From contig NC_134480.1 in assembly GCF_964194025.1 (NCBI RefSeq), positions 34,100,001 to 34,160,086 of the forward strand: a stretch of 60,086 bases of DNA, read 5' to 3'. Of this stretch, positions 1 through 12,689 are shown one piece after another (the first letter of the stretch is position 1; every line of letters begins with the position of its first letter). A program made the position numbers and the translations under genes. Below the pieces are notes generated by a model that saw only the letters and a list, made by a program, of their open reading frames with translations, had not been told where the DNA came from and did not search any database. The DNA is from Convolutriloba macropyga. Its lineage: Eukaryota.

Positions 1-663
1 GATAAAAAAACAAGTTTTTTCTTCTTCTCCCCGGCTCAGAGATGCGAGAAATCTTCGTTGCCTCGAAAGTCTCCATATCGATAGTCTGTTAATTCTCTCA
101 GCAGGCTTTCGTTGCGCTGCTGGAGTTGATAATTCTTATAACGCTCCTTGAGAAATCTTTGTTCTAGGTTCCGAAATAGTTGTCGTTTGAGATTTCTCAA
201 GTTGCGTCCGCAGCAAGTTGTACCTCTACGATCAAACACAACAACGAACTTCTTCTAACATTCTGTGTTCCTATTACAATCAAGTCATGAGAATTACCGT
301 CTTCTAATTTTTGTGGCTGGAAACAGAGCATGTTGGGTTTCTAGAAGTGAACTTTTTATAGTGCAAACCCTGTGCAGCTGACATTTGGAGCATTCTGATG
401 GAGAGTTGACATTATTGCCGGTACCTGATTCTTAGCTCGTAGATTCCGCGCAATTTCCTATGGTACAGTTACCTCAACTGTTACGTGGAGCCTTTGTTGG
501 ACTTGAGGCGAGACTAAAGACAGCAATTGAAACAGAAAATTTTTTGCGTTTTCAGCAGTTGCAATAGAGCATGATTGGTGACACGCGTCTTAGTTAGGTA
601 AATGGGAAACAGAACGGTGCTGTGAAAAGGCAATTATCGCATTTTTTTTTCTGGGAATTATAC

Positions 664-1389
664 TGTTATTCTAGAGGGTAGGGGGTGCGAGGTTTCGAAC
701 TTCTGACTCGATGGTCGTACTCCTAGTATACGCTATCTTTCTAAGCCTGATAGGGCTATTAAAATTACTGAAGGATTAAAATGTGTAAATTTGACTAATT
801 ACTCTAGTTATAAGATTTGCCTAAGCTTTGTAGAAATTTAACATAGATAATGTACAGCACAAGTTGTGTGATTAAAAGAGTTACATTTAGAGTTAAAAAA
901 TCTAAGTTGTAAACAGGAAAAGGCCGGAAAGGTTAGTAAAAACATGATTAACTTGAATTATTAGCAGTAACTATTTATATTTTCTTAGATAAAGTTCTGA
1001 TTTGAATAAAATCTCTAACTATTCCCTTATCGTAATACTTGAGAAAAGTGTTTAGTAATTCCTCTTTGAATTACTTTTATTTTGAGTTTACTTTCTCAAT
1101 TTGGAGATATTAGATTCTCAGTTTCTCCGATTTATCAAATCTTAATTTCTCAAAGTTGTACTTTTTGCTTTGGTATATACCGTTTTTAGAACGGAATAAT
1201 TCCCGTGCTGCTGGCTGGACGGCAAAATGTCCGTTTGGCTAGACGGTAAAATGTATTTTGGACATTTTATGCAATGTTAATGGTCCAGCTAATTGCATCA
1301 ATCTATTTTTAGAATGTTGTAATTTGAATACTTAGCTTAGTTAAGCTAATTATTCTATTAATATCAGCAGTAACTTGTACTTCAGTACA
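664..1389 (-). mobile_element. LTR copy (726 bp) in the tandem array
   Basis: Reads TGTAC...TAACA on the minus strand and aligns with 14155-14869. It is preceded on the minus strand by purine-rich AAGGACCAGGTCGGGA (PPT-like). Confidence 0.85.
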
Positions 1390-1528
1390 TCCCGACCTGG
1401 TCCTTAGTGGGGGTAAAATGAAAATCAATAAAAGGTACTCAAATACGCATGAATAAAAAAATTACAAGTTTGAATTTTTAGGTTTACAGTTATAGATAAA
1501 AAACAAGTTTTTTCTTCTTCTCCCCGGC

Positions 1529-1910
1529 TCAGAGATGCAAGAAATCTTCGTTGCCTCGAAAGTCCCCATATCGATAGTCTTTTAATTCTCTCAGCAGGCT
1601 TTCGTTGCGCTGCTGGAGTTGATAATTCTTATAACGCTCTTTGAGAAAGCTTTGTTCGAGGTTCCGAATATAGTTGTCTTCTGAGATTTCTCGAGTTGCG
1701 TCTGCAGCAAGTTGTACCTCTACGATCAAACACAACAACAAACTTCTTCTAACATTCTATGTTCCTACTACAATCAAGTCACGAGAATTACCGTCTTCTA
1801 TTTTTTGTCTCTGGAAACAGAGCATGTTGGGTTTCTAGAAGTGAAATTTTTATAGTGCAAACCCTGTGCAGCTGACATTTGGAGCATTCTGATGGAGGGT
1901 TGACATTATT
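1529..1910 (-). pseudogene. Degenerate small Cys-containing/coiled-coil accessory ORF upstream of the 3' LTR (also ~36-420 and ~3021-3400)
   Basis: Manual translation across stops and frameshifts gives ECSKCQLHRVC...DCRNIEC.KKFVVVFDRRGTTCC...RNLEQSFLKERYKNYQLQQRNESLLRELKDYRYGDFRGNEDF. The C-terminal part is open in all three units. Confidence 0.45.
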
Positions 1911-2155
1911 GCCGTTACCTGATTCTTAGCTTGTAGAATCTTCGCAATTTCCTATGGTACAGTTACTTCAACTGTTACGTGGAGTCTTTGTTTGATTTGA
2001 GGCAAGACTAAAGACAGTGCTTGAAACAGAAAACTTTTTGCGTTTTCAACAGTTGCAATAGAGCATGATTGGTGACACGCGTCTTAATTAGGTAAAAGGG
2101 AAACAGAACGGCGCTGTGAAAAGGCAATTATCGCATTTTTTTCTGGGAGTTATAC

Positions 2156-2881
2156 TGTTATACTAGAGGGCAGGTGGTGCGAAGTTTCAAACTTCTGACT
2201 CGATGGTCGTACTCCTAGTATACGCTATTTTTCTAAGCCTGATAGGTCTCTTAAAATTACTGAAGGATTAAAATATGTAAATTTGACTAATTACTGTAGT
2301 TATAAGATTTGCCTAAGCTTTGTAGAAATTTAACATAGATAATGTACATCACAAGTTGTATGATTAAAAGAGTTACATTTAGAGTTTTAAAGTGTAATTT
2401 GTAAACAGGAAAAGGCGGGAAAGGTTAGTAAAAACTTTTTTTACTTGAATTATTATCAGTAACTATTTATCTTTTCTTAGATAAAGTTCTGATTTGAACA
2501 ATATCTCTAACTATTCCCTTATCGTAATACTTGAGAAAAGTGTTCAGTAATTCCTCTTTGAATTACTTTTATTTTGAGATTACTTTATCAATTTGGAGAT
2601 ATTAGATTCTCAGTTTCTCTGAGTTATCAATTCTTAATTTCTCAAAGTTGTACTTTATGCTTCGGTATATACCGTTTTTAGAACGGAATAATTCCCGTGC
2701 TGCTGGCTGGACGGCAAAATGTCCGTTTGGCTAGACTGTAAAATGTATGTTGGACATTTTGTGCAATGTTAATTGTCCAGCTAATTGCATCAATCTTTTT
2801 TTAGAATGTTGTAATTTGAATACTTAGCTTAGTTAAGCTAATTATTCTATGAATATCAGCAGTAACTTGTACTTCAATACA
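2156..2881 (-). mobile_element. LTR copy (726 bp) in the tandem array
   Basis: Same TG...CA boundaries and sequence as 664-1389. Confidence 0.85.
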
Positions 2882-3647
2882 TCCCGACCTTGTCCTTAGT
2901 GGGGGTAAAATCAAAATCATTTAAATGTACTCAAATACGCATGAATAAAAAAATTTACAAGTTTGACTTTTTAGGTTTACATTTATAGATAAAAACAAGT
3001 TTTTTCTTCTTCTCCCCGGCTCAGTGATGCGAGAAATCTTCGTTGCCTCGAAAGTCTCCATATCGATAGTCTTTTAATTCTCTCAGCAGGCTTTCGTTGC
3101 GCTGCTGGAGTTGATAATTCTTATAACGCTCCTTGAGAAAGCTTTGTTCTAGGTTCCGAAATAGTTGTCTTCTGAGATTTCTCAAGTTGCGTTCGCAGCA
3201 AGTTGTACCTCTACGATCAAACACAACAACAAACTTCTTCTAACATTCTATGTTCCTATTACAATCAAGTCACGAGAATTACCGTCTTCTAATTTTTGTC
3301 TCTGGAAACAGAGCATGTTGGGTTCCTAGAAGTGAAGTTTGTATAGTGCAAACCCTGTGCATCTGACATTTGGAGCATTCTGATAGAGAGTTGACATTAT
3401 ATTGGTTACCTGATTCTTAGCTAGTAGATTCCGCGCAAATTCCTATAATACCGTTATCTCAACTGTTACGTGGAGTTTTTGTTGGACTTGAGGCGAGACT
3501 AAGGACAGCGCTTGAAACAGAAAATTGTTTGCGTTTTCAGCAGTTGCAATAGAGCATGATTTTATGACACGCGTCTTAATTAGGTAAAAGGGAAACAGAA
3601 CGGCGCTGTGAAAAAGCAATTATCGCATTGTTTTCTGGGAGTTATAC

Positions 3648-4137
3648 TGTTATACTAGAGGGTAGGGGTGCGAAGTTTCAAACTTCTGACTCGATGATCG
3701 TACTCCTAGTATACGCTATCTTTCTTTGCCTGATAAGTCTCTTAAAATTACTTAAGGATTTAAATATTTAAATTTGACTAATTACTGTAGTTATAAGATT
3801 TGCTTAAGCTTTGTAAAAATTTAACATAGATAATGTACAGCACAAGTTGTATGATTAAAAGAGTTGCATTTAGAGTTATAAAGTCTAACTTGTAAACAGG
3901 AAAAGGCCGGAAAGAATAGTAAAAACTTTATTTACTTGAATTATTATCAGTAACTATTTATCTTTTCTTAGATAAAGTTCTGATTTGAATAATATCTCTA
4001 ACTATTCCCTTATCGAAAATACTTGAGAAAACTGTTTAGTAATTCTTCTTTGAATTACTTTTTTTGAGATTACTTTCTCAATTTGGAGATATTAGATTCT
4101 CAATTTCTCTGAGTTATCGATTCTTAATTTCTCAAAA
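3648..4137 (-). mobile_element. Truncated 3' LTR lacking ~235 bp of its U3 end, joined directly to env
   Basis: Aligns with the other LTRs up to TTCTTAATTTCTCAAA (~4136), then switches abruptly to env-region sequence. Confidence 0.8.
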
Positions 4138-4149
4138 TTACATCGTTCC

Positions 4150-6026
4150 AAGAGAATCTAAATATATTGTTTTTGTAGTGTAGTAGTTGCTATAACTACT
4201 AGGCTGGCTCTTTTATGTTGAATTTTTTTTTTATTTCACGCAAAAAATTCTTGCGTTGCGTCTTTTATTTCGGAATTTAAAATTACATCGTTCCAAAATG
4301 CAATCATGTCTTTCATGACATGAAGGAAACCTTCTTGTCCGTTTTTTATATTCATTGAAACCATTTTGTGTTTCTGATTTCTGGGTGCAAATAATGCTGG
4401 CCCCGTGACTTGTGTTTTGCTTGAGTTAATTCGATCCAAGAGTTATCATTTTCAATATCTAGTGAAAAAAGATTCTTTTGCTTGTTGTTACATGGTTGTT
4501 GTTTAGCAGTAGTAAAAGTTTGCCTGCTAACCGGAACGATAAAGCGAACCTTATTTCTATATAACACAGGTATTCTATCATAACAAGTATCCGTTACTTG
4601 TAAAAGCGAATTAAAATTCGGACAGTGATGCAGCCAGGCTACATTGCCATTTGTCTCTAGAAACATAGATCTGTTATTAGTTAACAGAAAACCAGCCAGC
4701 TTAGGGCTGAGACGCAAATCTGCAAGTTGTGTATTCTTTAGTGAACGTTCTAGTTCACAAATTTGCTGTATAGTATTTATTTCAGAGAGTTGTAGCCTTC
4801 AGAAATTAGTGTACTGATAATAGTCGAATTCAGTAATTAAATGAGCCTCATAATCTATCTCTGTCCGAGAGATTATAAGCGATCTTATTGAATTGTTCGG
4901 AAGTTTAGTAATTCTATTTGTAGTTCGTAGAGGTTCGAGTGCTTCTCCTGTATTCGTATTAAATCCGCCTGTAATTTCAACATATAGTGTGTCGTATGGT
5001 GACGGATAAACAATATTATTACTATTGCATAGTGATTGAGGCTTATTGTACTCTTGAAATAGAAAGCTTTGTTCTGTTTCTGATTCTCTAGAGATGTAAT
5101 AATTATCTCCTGTTTTTATCATTTTGCCTTCAAATTGTTTTCTTACAGCGAACAAGCAATTATCTTGTTTCTCCCAAGTACAAGCATGTGTGTCAGTTGA
5201 AGTGCTTTGACAACTGCCTCCTGATAATGTGCTAGGCAGGGGAATAGTTTGCCAGTTATTTACTGTTCCTCCCCGCAGGTTAAGGTTTGAAGTTGTATCC
5301 TGCATATACGTTTCAAACGTATCGTGAATTATCCAGCCAGAATTGTCCCATTCAATTGGATTTTCTCCAATATTTCGACCAGAATTTTTTATGTAAGTTG
5401 TTCATACATTTAATTTAATCGGAACTTCCTTTCCGTTAATATTTATCTTATCAGTTAATCTAGCCTGTCGACACTCTTCTGGAGTTAAATCTACGTCTGT
5501 GGTAATTTTGCTACGTTTTGCATCAATCCCACTAGCGTCGAAAACGCCGCAATACCACCTAATGCTTTGGTGTCTTGCTCTACACATGGTAGGTTCTAAT
5601 TTTCCTCTAAAGAAACGGTTGAAAACTTGACCTTTGACCTTTAAAATTTCAACATTTAGTGGTTCACTTTTACAGGGAGCGACTTTGTTTAATGAGTACA
5701 TTTTACATTTTGTTAGAGTCCACAAGTGAACAATCGTAGTGAGCAACTTTTAATGATGTTGCAGTTTTTGCACACAGTTGATGGTGAGCAGCTTTTAAAT
5801 CTGTTAAAACTTCGGGGTTTGAGTTCTCACAACTTGCATGGGGTATAGATAAAAATAAATTTGCAATCACAATTAATTTTTGGATATTCTCTATATGTTT
5901 GTTTTTGCATAGCAGAAACAGAAAAAGAAGAAGCAGAAGACTTACCTCGTTAAAGTTTCTTCCTGTCTTTTTGGTTTCGATTGCCTCTCCCTCCTCGGGT
6001 AACAGAAGTGTAATTTCTGTATTCAT
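4150..6026 (-). pseudogene. env: Envelope glycoprotein, chuvirus-G-like (class III/gB-type fusogen), fragmented and C-terminally truncated
   Basis: ORF fragments 5703-6026, 5402-5746, 4799-5305, 4352-4717 and 4236-4439. Hydrophobic leader LIVIANLFLSIPHASC; motifs HYDC..YSLNKVAPC..CRARHQSIRWYCG..EEC and LSPKLAGFLL..NGNVAWLHHCP..CYDRIPVLY.NK..FIVPVSR. Confidence 0.75.
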
Positions 6027-6120
6027 TTTTAAAAATGAATTTTGGAGTAAATGTAGTATATGGATTGAATTGTGGATGAAGGATTCAGAAGAACGATTCT
6101 GATAAATTTTATTGAGAACT

Positions 6121-6333
6121 TATAATATTCTCAATGGCATTTTGTCCTTCCGTGTGGATGGCAAAATACTGGTCTCTGATTGGTTAGAAAATTGATAATT
6201 TATAATATGCTCAATGGCATTTTTTCCGTCCGTGTGGATTTCAAAATACTGGTCTCTGATTAGGTAAAATGTTGATAATTTATAATAGGCTCAATGGCAT
6301 TTTTTCCTTTCGTGTGGATGTCAAAATATTGGT
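6121..6333. repeat. 80-bp tandem repeat, ~2.6 copies
   Basis: TATAATA..CTCAATGGCATTTT..CGTGTGGAT..CAAAATA.TGGT starts at 6121, 6201 and 6281. Confidence 0.9.
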
Positions 6334-6750
6334 TAATTGAGGGTTGTCTGTTAAGACAGAGAGAAGAAGAAAATTCAATGTATTTCTAATTCCTTATAAA
6401 TAGAGAAATTTTCTGAGTGTAATACTAGTCTAACTCAAATAATAATTCACAAAACTGCATTAAACCTGTTTAAAGAGGCAAAGTACTCTGCCTACGAGCG
6501 CTTAGGTTTAGAATTGGATGCCAGAGAGATGAAATTTTTTCTCTCTGAGCAATATATATCTACTCTAATTGTCCTCTCTGAAAAGGAGTTTTTTCGCTGC
6601 GAGTTGCGCAGGAATATTGTATTAATTACAAAAAGAGTTTAATATAATAAGACCTGCTAATATATGTCCTGCTTTTGTGCAGTATCTAAGATGTTGGTTG
6701 GGGGAAGAGGTAAATTTCCTAATTTACAATTATTTTTGGGAATGTAGTAG

Positions 6751-6752
<2 letters not shown>

Positions 6753-6798
<46 letters not shown>
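6753..6798. repeat. (TA)n microsatellite
   Basis: Direct reading. Confidence 0.98.
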
Positions 6799-6802
<4 letters not shown>

Positions 6803-9800
6803 AGTTGTACTTCGAGCGTATGCTAACAGCACCGATTGCTGAGTGTCATAAAGCAACGATGAACTATGTATTCGAGCTTTGGCGAGTGTGGTGGTCCCCT
6901 GAGACAGCAAGAATTGCTCAGCAACTATATGGTTTGGCTGTTGTCTTGGGATGCGGGCTTCTTTTTAGAGACTTTACTCATACCCGAGAGTTCATCAAAT
7001 TGATTGAAGTTGCTAGGGCTCAATTATTATAATTTTTGTAATCTTGGTTTAAATATTTTTAAAATTTGTATACTTTGTTTTTGTAATTTCGGATGTTTTA
7101 ATTTAAAAAAATGTACAAAAATCTTATTTCTTTTGAACTTTGAAAAATAAATCTGATGGAATTGTATCACCATAGCGTTTAAGTTCGGTCCGTGTTCTCT
7201 ACGGTCTGACATCAGAATAAGTTTGGTTAGGATTAGACTTGGTTTTTACTGGGTGGGGGTTGAACTAATGATAGGGCAAAAAGTACGAGAACTGGATGTA
7301 GTACTTTGTGAACTACTTTGCTGGGTAAACAAATTCTTGATAAGTAGTGTACTTTCACTATCATTTCTATTTGTTTTGTATGGGTTGTTAGGCGCACTCC
7401 GGCACGTGTTAACAGTATTTGAGTATTCAACTGGTTCCTGTGATGTAATTTGTTCAGCCTGATTATTTGCGTTGTTAATAATAAGCCACGGCATATATTC
7501 CGGGTGATCAATTGTTTGGTGATTGAATCTGTTTATTGATTACTGGTTGAACCCATCATAGTAGGCCTGTGAATCATCATAGTTAGTACTACAGTCCTGT
7601 ACTAACTTGTCTATTTCTTGTTCTTTAGTAAATTATTCTTCTAATTGATATCTATGCACTACTTTCTTTTGTTCAGTTGAGTCCTGAACACAATTTCATA
7701 CGTAGTGTTAATAACTTGTTTAGTAACAGTATAGAGTCCAGAGCGCAACTCTAGTAGTTTTTTGGATTTCAATAATCCCTTAACGTGATGCTCTAGTAAA
7801 ATTTACGACCGATTTTGATTGGTTTAGCCAATTTAAATCTGTTCCTATACTCGTGTGCCTTGTTTGCAATTTGTCCACCGTGAGTGAACGTTTTACTATA
7901 TATATTTTTGAATTCGTTCTCGCGTTGTAGTATAGTACTAGACAGTCGATTTTGTAATAGCTTATCTACCTTTTCGTTTTTACAAGAATTTTTACAGTGA
8001 GTATGTAATGGAAGGTCTCTACAATACTCTGAAATACAATTGCTTCTGTTATCACGTAGAAAGCCAAGCTTAAGGGAAATTGGGATTTGCGGTTTAATGC
8101 CGAATATTACCTCGTACGGAGTATATCCTGTACTCTAATTTATAGCGGTGTTGTGGACAAAGGCAAATTTATTATTAAGATTAGCCCGATTAGACCAGGT
8201 GTCGTTAATAAAACTGCGCAAGTAATTTGCTAAGTTCTTATTTTGTACTTCAACCTTGCCGTTTGTCCAAGGTGAGTATGAAGTTTGAATGTTTAAATGA
8301 ACGGTTTAAATGTAATTCCGAATTCATCTGTTCAGTGTACAAAATCATTACTCAAGAATGCAGTAGCGTTGTCATGTACTATTTGTTGGGGTATTCCGAA
8401 TCGCGTAATGTATTTTTCTATTAATTTAACATTTTCTGGTGCATCAGCGGTTTCTGATGGATATAATTGTATAAAGCGAGAGAAATTATCTACTAAAACT
8501 AGACAAAATTTCTTTTCGTTGCTACAAGGCCTACATGGGCCTTTGTGGTCTATGTGTATAGTATGAAATGGGGTTGTTTCTAATTCTCCCAACTGTTCTA
8601 AGGGTGCTTCATTCAGATCACGCCTTTGTGGTTTATTTTTCGGCAATCTAAACAGTCATATACTAGCATTGTAACATTTGTACATTGCGGGCCAATAAAA
8701 AATCTACTAATGTTGTTAAATGTGCATGCATCTCCACGGTATACTCTGAGCTGACTATTATGTGCTAACTCAAAGCATTTCATGAATATTGATAGTTGAA
8801 CACAGATTTTTATATCGTATATACCGTTCTCGTCTGGTTTTTTGTAACATAGTAAATAATACCGTTCCTCGAGTAGTAGAAGGTTAAATATTATTTTGTA
8901 TGCACGTAGTCCTTTACAATGCTTAATTCTACTTGTGCTCGGTGGTTTTTTGCCTGCCTTTAGCCATTGGCGGACGGTTTCTAAACCCGGATCATTTATT
9001 TGTTCGCGCAGAATTATATCGGTGTCTGGTTGAGCTGTTTAGTAAATCTGTTAATTTTTGCAGTAAGTCTTTACAAGATCACTTAACTACTTCTGTATGT
9101 AGTGTTGTCGGTTCTACAATGTCACATTTGTGCGTGCGGTGCTTGTATTCCTCTTTTGCTTGTTCTAGCTTTTGTATTAGTGACATATCTACATTCCCCT
9201 TTTGTAAATCTAGCCAGTCTTCGTCATCAAGATTGTCGTCTATTGCATATACCTCTTCAGGTATTTCTTCATATGTATCATCGTTAAGGTCTTCTGTAAA
9301 TACATTTTCTAGTGACGTTTTCGTATTTGGTTTGTTTGTCTTCCATATCTGAACGAATCTGCAATGTTGTTTATTGCACTGCATGTCTGTTCTATATCTT
9401 CACTTGCGTCGTTGATACTAAAGTCTTCGTCAGCTAAATTTAGTATTTTCTTTTTCTGTACCGGTAAGTGCGCAATTACCGGATAACCAATGTTTGTTGG
9501 TGCTTTTCTTCATCACAGTGTAGTAGTGAATAGTTTATTGGCTCGTAATTCGATGTGTAGAAGCGAATGTCCTTTGGAACTGTTTTGTGTTAAATTTACA
9601 ACTTTTTCGCTTCTTCTTGTGGGACTTGTCTGCTAAGTAAGTCAGGGAAAGCAAGGTTTTTACCTTCAGTGTATTTTATCTTTAGATTCTGAAATTTAGT
9701 AAGCACAATTTGATACTTAAAGAATCTATGCGATAGTTGTCCGCGGCGTGACCAAAGGAACAATATAGGTCTGTTATCACAAAATAGATATATTGGTTAG

Positions 9801-11364
9801 GGGAATCTATAATGTAGAATTCGTAAGTTTGTAATGCGGATATTATTCCGCATAGTTCTCTATGCTGTGGGGACATTTTCTATTCTGTTTTATCGAATAC
9901 ACGGGTATTGGCGGATACAATTCTTTTCACTTTGGGGAACTGTTTTATTAATATAATACCAGTCCCTTAGTTAGAGGAGTCAGCGTGTATATGAAAGGGA
10001 TATTTTGGGTTGGGGATAGCGACGGAAATATCGTGTGCAAATTTAGCTTTTAGTTAATCGAATACTTGCTGGGGGTTATCTAGCCATTCGAAGTTTGTGT
10101 TGTTCTTAAATAAATCATATAGCGGTTTTGCGTCATTATGATAGTTTTTAACATAATTTGCATAAAATCCCATTGCCCCTAATACGCTGAGGACGTCGGT
10201 TTTTGATTCTGGCGTTTTCAATTTTTCTATATCGGCATTGCGTGAACTGATTAGGCTCAGTGTTCTTTTTGATATTACGCGCCCGTGAAATTTCAATTTC
10301 CGTAAGAAGAAATTTGTTTTATCCGGCGCGGCTTTTAGGTTTGCTTTACGCAGTAGTGCATGATATTCATGTATTGCTGTGAACATTTCTGATGTATCTT
10401 ACGCTTGTAGTAGTGTATCGTCAATATAAGTATAAGCTTGCTTTTTCTTTATAAACGGTTCAAATGCATAGCACATATGTTTACTAAAGAAGTTCGGACG
10501 GGGCTTTAAGCCATGATTTCCAACTTGATAGGTATATTGACGTCCACCTACAATAAAACTAGGCAATTTCAGAGCTTATTCTGTAAGCGCACGATGATGA
10601 TAAGCGCACGATGAGTCACTACTTGTAAAATACGCTTCATTTACTCGTGTCATTAAAACTTGTTGGGGCTCGAGTTGCCAACTAGAGTCACTTGTATATG
10701 CAATTGAGTTGAGGTAGTGGGCATCAATTACCAATTTTACATAATCGTTCATAGGCAATAAGATAATTGGGTTTACGAACCAGCTATTTAAAACGACTGA
10801 CTCATTTAGCTCGCGTATTATTCCGGCTGGCATTAGTTCGTCCATTATTGTTTCTAATTTATGGCGCAAATGTAGGGGATCTTTGCTGGGACATTGCTTT
10901 TTAAATTCCCAATCCTTTTTAAGGTGTATTTGAAATTTCTGTTTCGTGCGGCCGATATGATATTTGTGATGGGAGTATACATCCTCATCATCTAGAAGAA
11001 CTTTTAGGAGCACTCTGAAATTATCGTTCGCTAAATCATTCTGTGTGAAATCACACTTTTTAAGGTACTCGATATAGTGTGCATAGTTCTTACTTGCATC
11101 TTTTGGTCGTGTGTCGAGTCCTTCGTGAACAATTTCATGACTAATGAAGTGGTTTTGTTGAATTGTTCTGAACATGGGGAGTTGTTCAGTATCATTGGAC
11201 TTGCTTAATGTTTTTGCCTCATTTGAGAAGTCAGTTGAAATTTTAGCATCATTATTGCATTTGTTCACAATTTCATCACCTATATTTCCAAATATCTCTT
11301 CGAGGCTTTCATTTGTATATTGTGTAGAGGATGGCATTTGATTAATTTCGGCTTTACTCACATA

Positions 11365-11790
11365 AACCTATATTTTAAATCCCGAATAATTAAATGCATC
11401 GTATAGTAATGCAGATATCTCAGGCCAATCCATTTTGTCTTATCCGCATGCAATTTTTGGCTTAGTTTTCCATCTAATGTTCTGCATTGGAAATATAGTG
11501 CAAAGTTCGAATAGTGCGGTTGTAATACTTTTGATTTTCGGTTTACTATTATATTTTTCTTTAGTTATTAGACTAAAGATTTGGTGTCCGAGGCTAGGAG
11601 CAATGTATTGTAATACATTTTGGTTTATTGTATTTCCATCACAATTGTTCACTTCTACTTGCCATTTACTATGTTCTCTCAAGTCGGGTAATTTTTTACA
11701 CAACATATGTGCAAAACCTTTGCTCATAGCGCAGTCCTTGGAAACTGTGTGTACCATAGCCATACTATTATTGAATATTGATTGCTCTTC
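11365..11790 (-). pseudogene. TARG1/OARD1 (Poa1p-like) macrodomain embedded in pol between protease and RT
   Basis: MVHTVSKDCAMSKGFA..IFSLITKEKYNSKP..PKIACG*DKMDWPEISALLYDAF matches the family pattern AHCISxDxxMGKGIA..YLITKxxYxxKP..PRIGCGLDxLxW. Confidence 0.85.
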
Positions 11791-12689
11791 GTGGTTAATA
11801 TAACTTATGCAATTATCCGACTCGTTTGACTCAGCCTCTTGTACTGAGTTAACAACTGTACTAAGCATGAAACAATTATCTAGTTCTTCATACTTACTAA
11901 GTATTGAGTAAGCAACTCACTACAGTTACAAATGTTGAATTTGCGTGTATCACGACTTAATACTATATCACATACAGCGTACCCGATAATAGCTTTATTA
12001 AGTGTAATAGGGTGATTTCTGTGGTTTTCTATTAGCATAGGTAGTGTTTTCTCTTTTTGTGTACAGACTGTGTTAATAAACGCTAGTTCTGTTTCTAATT
12101 TTTTTTGTGCGGTAGAAAAGAAGAGCCTTTGGTGTAACATAAATCAGTGTTTTGGTGTTTGTACAAGTAGGTTGATCTTAACTGTACATAGAGTGGCTGA
12201 GAAAAGACTATTGCTTCTATCTCCGATACTTATGTATACTGTTTTTCTTGTTTCATGACTGATTACTCCTGGGTTTTCTTTCAATTCTACAGCAGGAATA
12301 TCGAAATACAGAGCTTTAAAGAAATTATGACAGATGTCAACACCAATCAGGTTAGACGATCCTTATTGTGTAACTCATACTTTATAGTTCGCTTCATACG
12401 TTCCGTCAGTGTCATAGTATCATGTTACTGTAGTATGGCCTAACATACGAATTTGTGATCCATTATTGGATTTTGTGATGTTTATGGCTGAGAAAATCCT
12501 CATGCAAGTGTTCAGTTTTTTGCATTTCTGAAAATGTGGGGTAATATATAATCGTACATGTCGATCCAGTGTTGATAAGGTATTCAATTTCCAATCCACT
12601 ATTTTTATTTATGTCTCTGGTGTTGAAATAATACATATTTAGGTAAATCCTAGATTTTGGATTACTGTTTGTACTAACTTTCGGAGACT

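Larger units (their letters stand above)
1..4137 (-). repeat. Tandem array of ~1493-bp units, each a ~770-bp retroelement 3' segment plus an LTR (about 2.8 units visible, runs off the window start)
   Basis: The GATAAAAA..CAAGTTTTTTCTTCTTCTCCCCGGCTCAG start recurs at 1, ~1495 and ~2988. Units differ by scattered substitutions and indels, and each contains a copy of the LTR at 14155-14869. Confidence 0.92.
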
